A stretch of 63,927 nucleotides of DNA, filler included, from Octopus bimaculoides (lineage: Eukaryota), in assembly GCF_001194135.2 (NCBI RefSeq). It is 6 parts of 6 records of this genome, joined end to end, with 100 filler letters (N's around TTAATTAATTAA, not from the genome) between each part and the next. Parts side by side here need not be neighbours in the genome. Positions count along the whole stretch, not along the records: positions 62,812 to 63,927 come from NC_069004.1; 5 more parts are not named here. One strand, given 5' to 3'. Made by a program: the position numbers and the translations under genes. The number at the start of each line of letters is the position of its first letter. Position 1 is the stretch's first letter. Below are positions 63,886 through 63,927 of the stretch, in pieces. The notes under the pieces were generated by a model, which did not search any database, had not been told where the DNA came from, and saw nothing but the letters and a program-made list of their open reading frames with translations.

Positions 63886-63927
<42 letters not shown>

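Overview
Eukaryotic non-coding DNA from a gapped draft assembly. It is AT-rich, with about 26 N-gaps totalling roughly 8.7 kb and dense (TA)n, (CA)n and (TACA)n microsatellites. The repeat families match my recollection of octopus (coleoid cephalopod) genomes; this is an inference that I could not check. I found no intact protein-coding gene, rRNA, true tRNA or CRISPR array, and nearly all ORFs in the track are microsatellite or N-gap artefacts. The window is dominated by tRNA-derived SINE families (my labels A, B, C, D, plus RTE-tailed E/G and F). It also holds one full-length decayed mariner transposon, two mariner deletion derivatives, hAT-type and piggyBac-type MITEs, an internally inverted RTE-clade LINE fossil, a short CR1-like LINE end and Penelope-type hammerhead-like motifs. 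I did not find a clearly new biological system. The best leads are: nested insertion of SINE A-long at sites resembling its own tail; a SINE C / CR1-like LINE tail partnership; a mariner derivative with an inverted catalytic segment; minimal hammerhead motifs; an E-box-rich higher-order minisatellite beside a GC-rich candidate exon/promoter at 35.6-35.8 kb; and several strong transcription-factor motifs (DR1, RFX X-box, SoxE dimer) in unique DNA. Repeat boundaries without TSD or TIR support are approximate and were set by eye.
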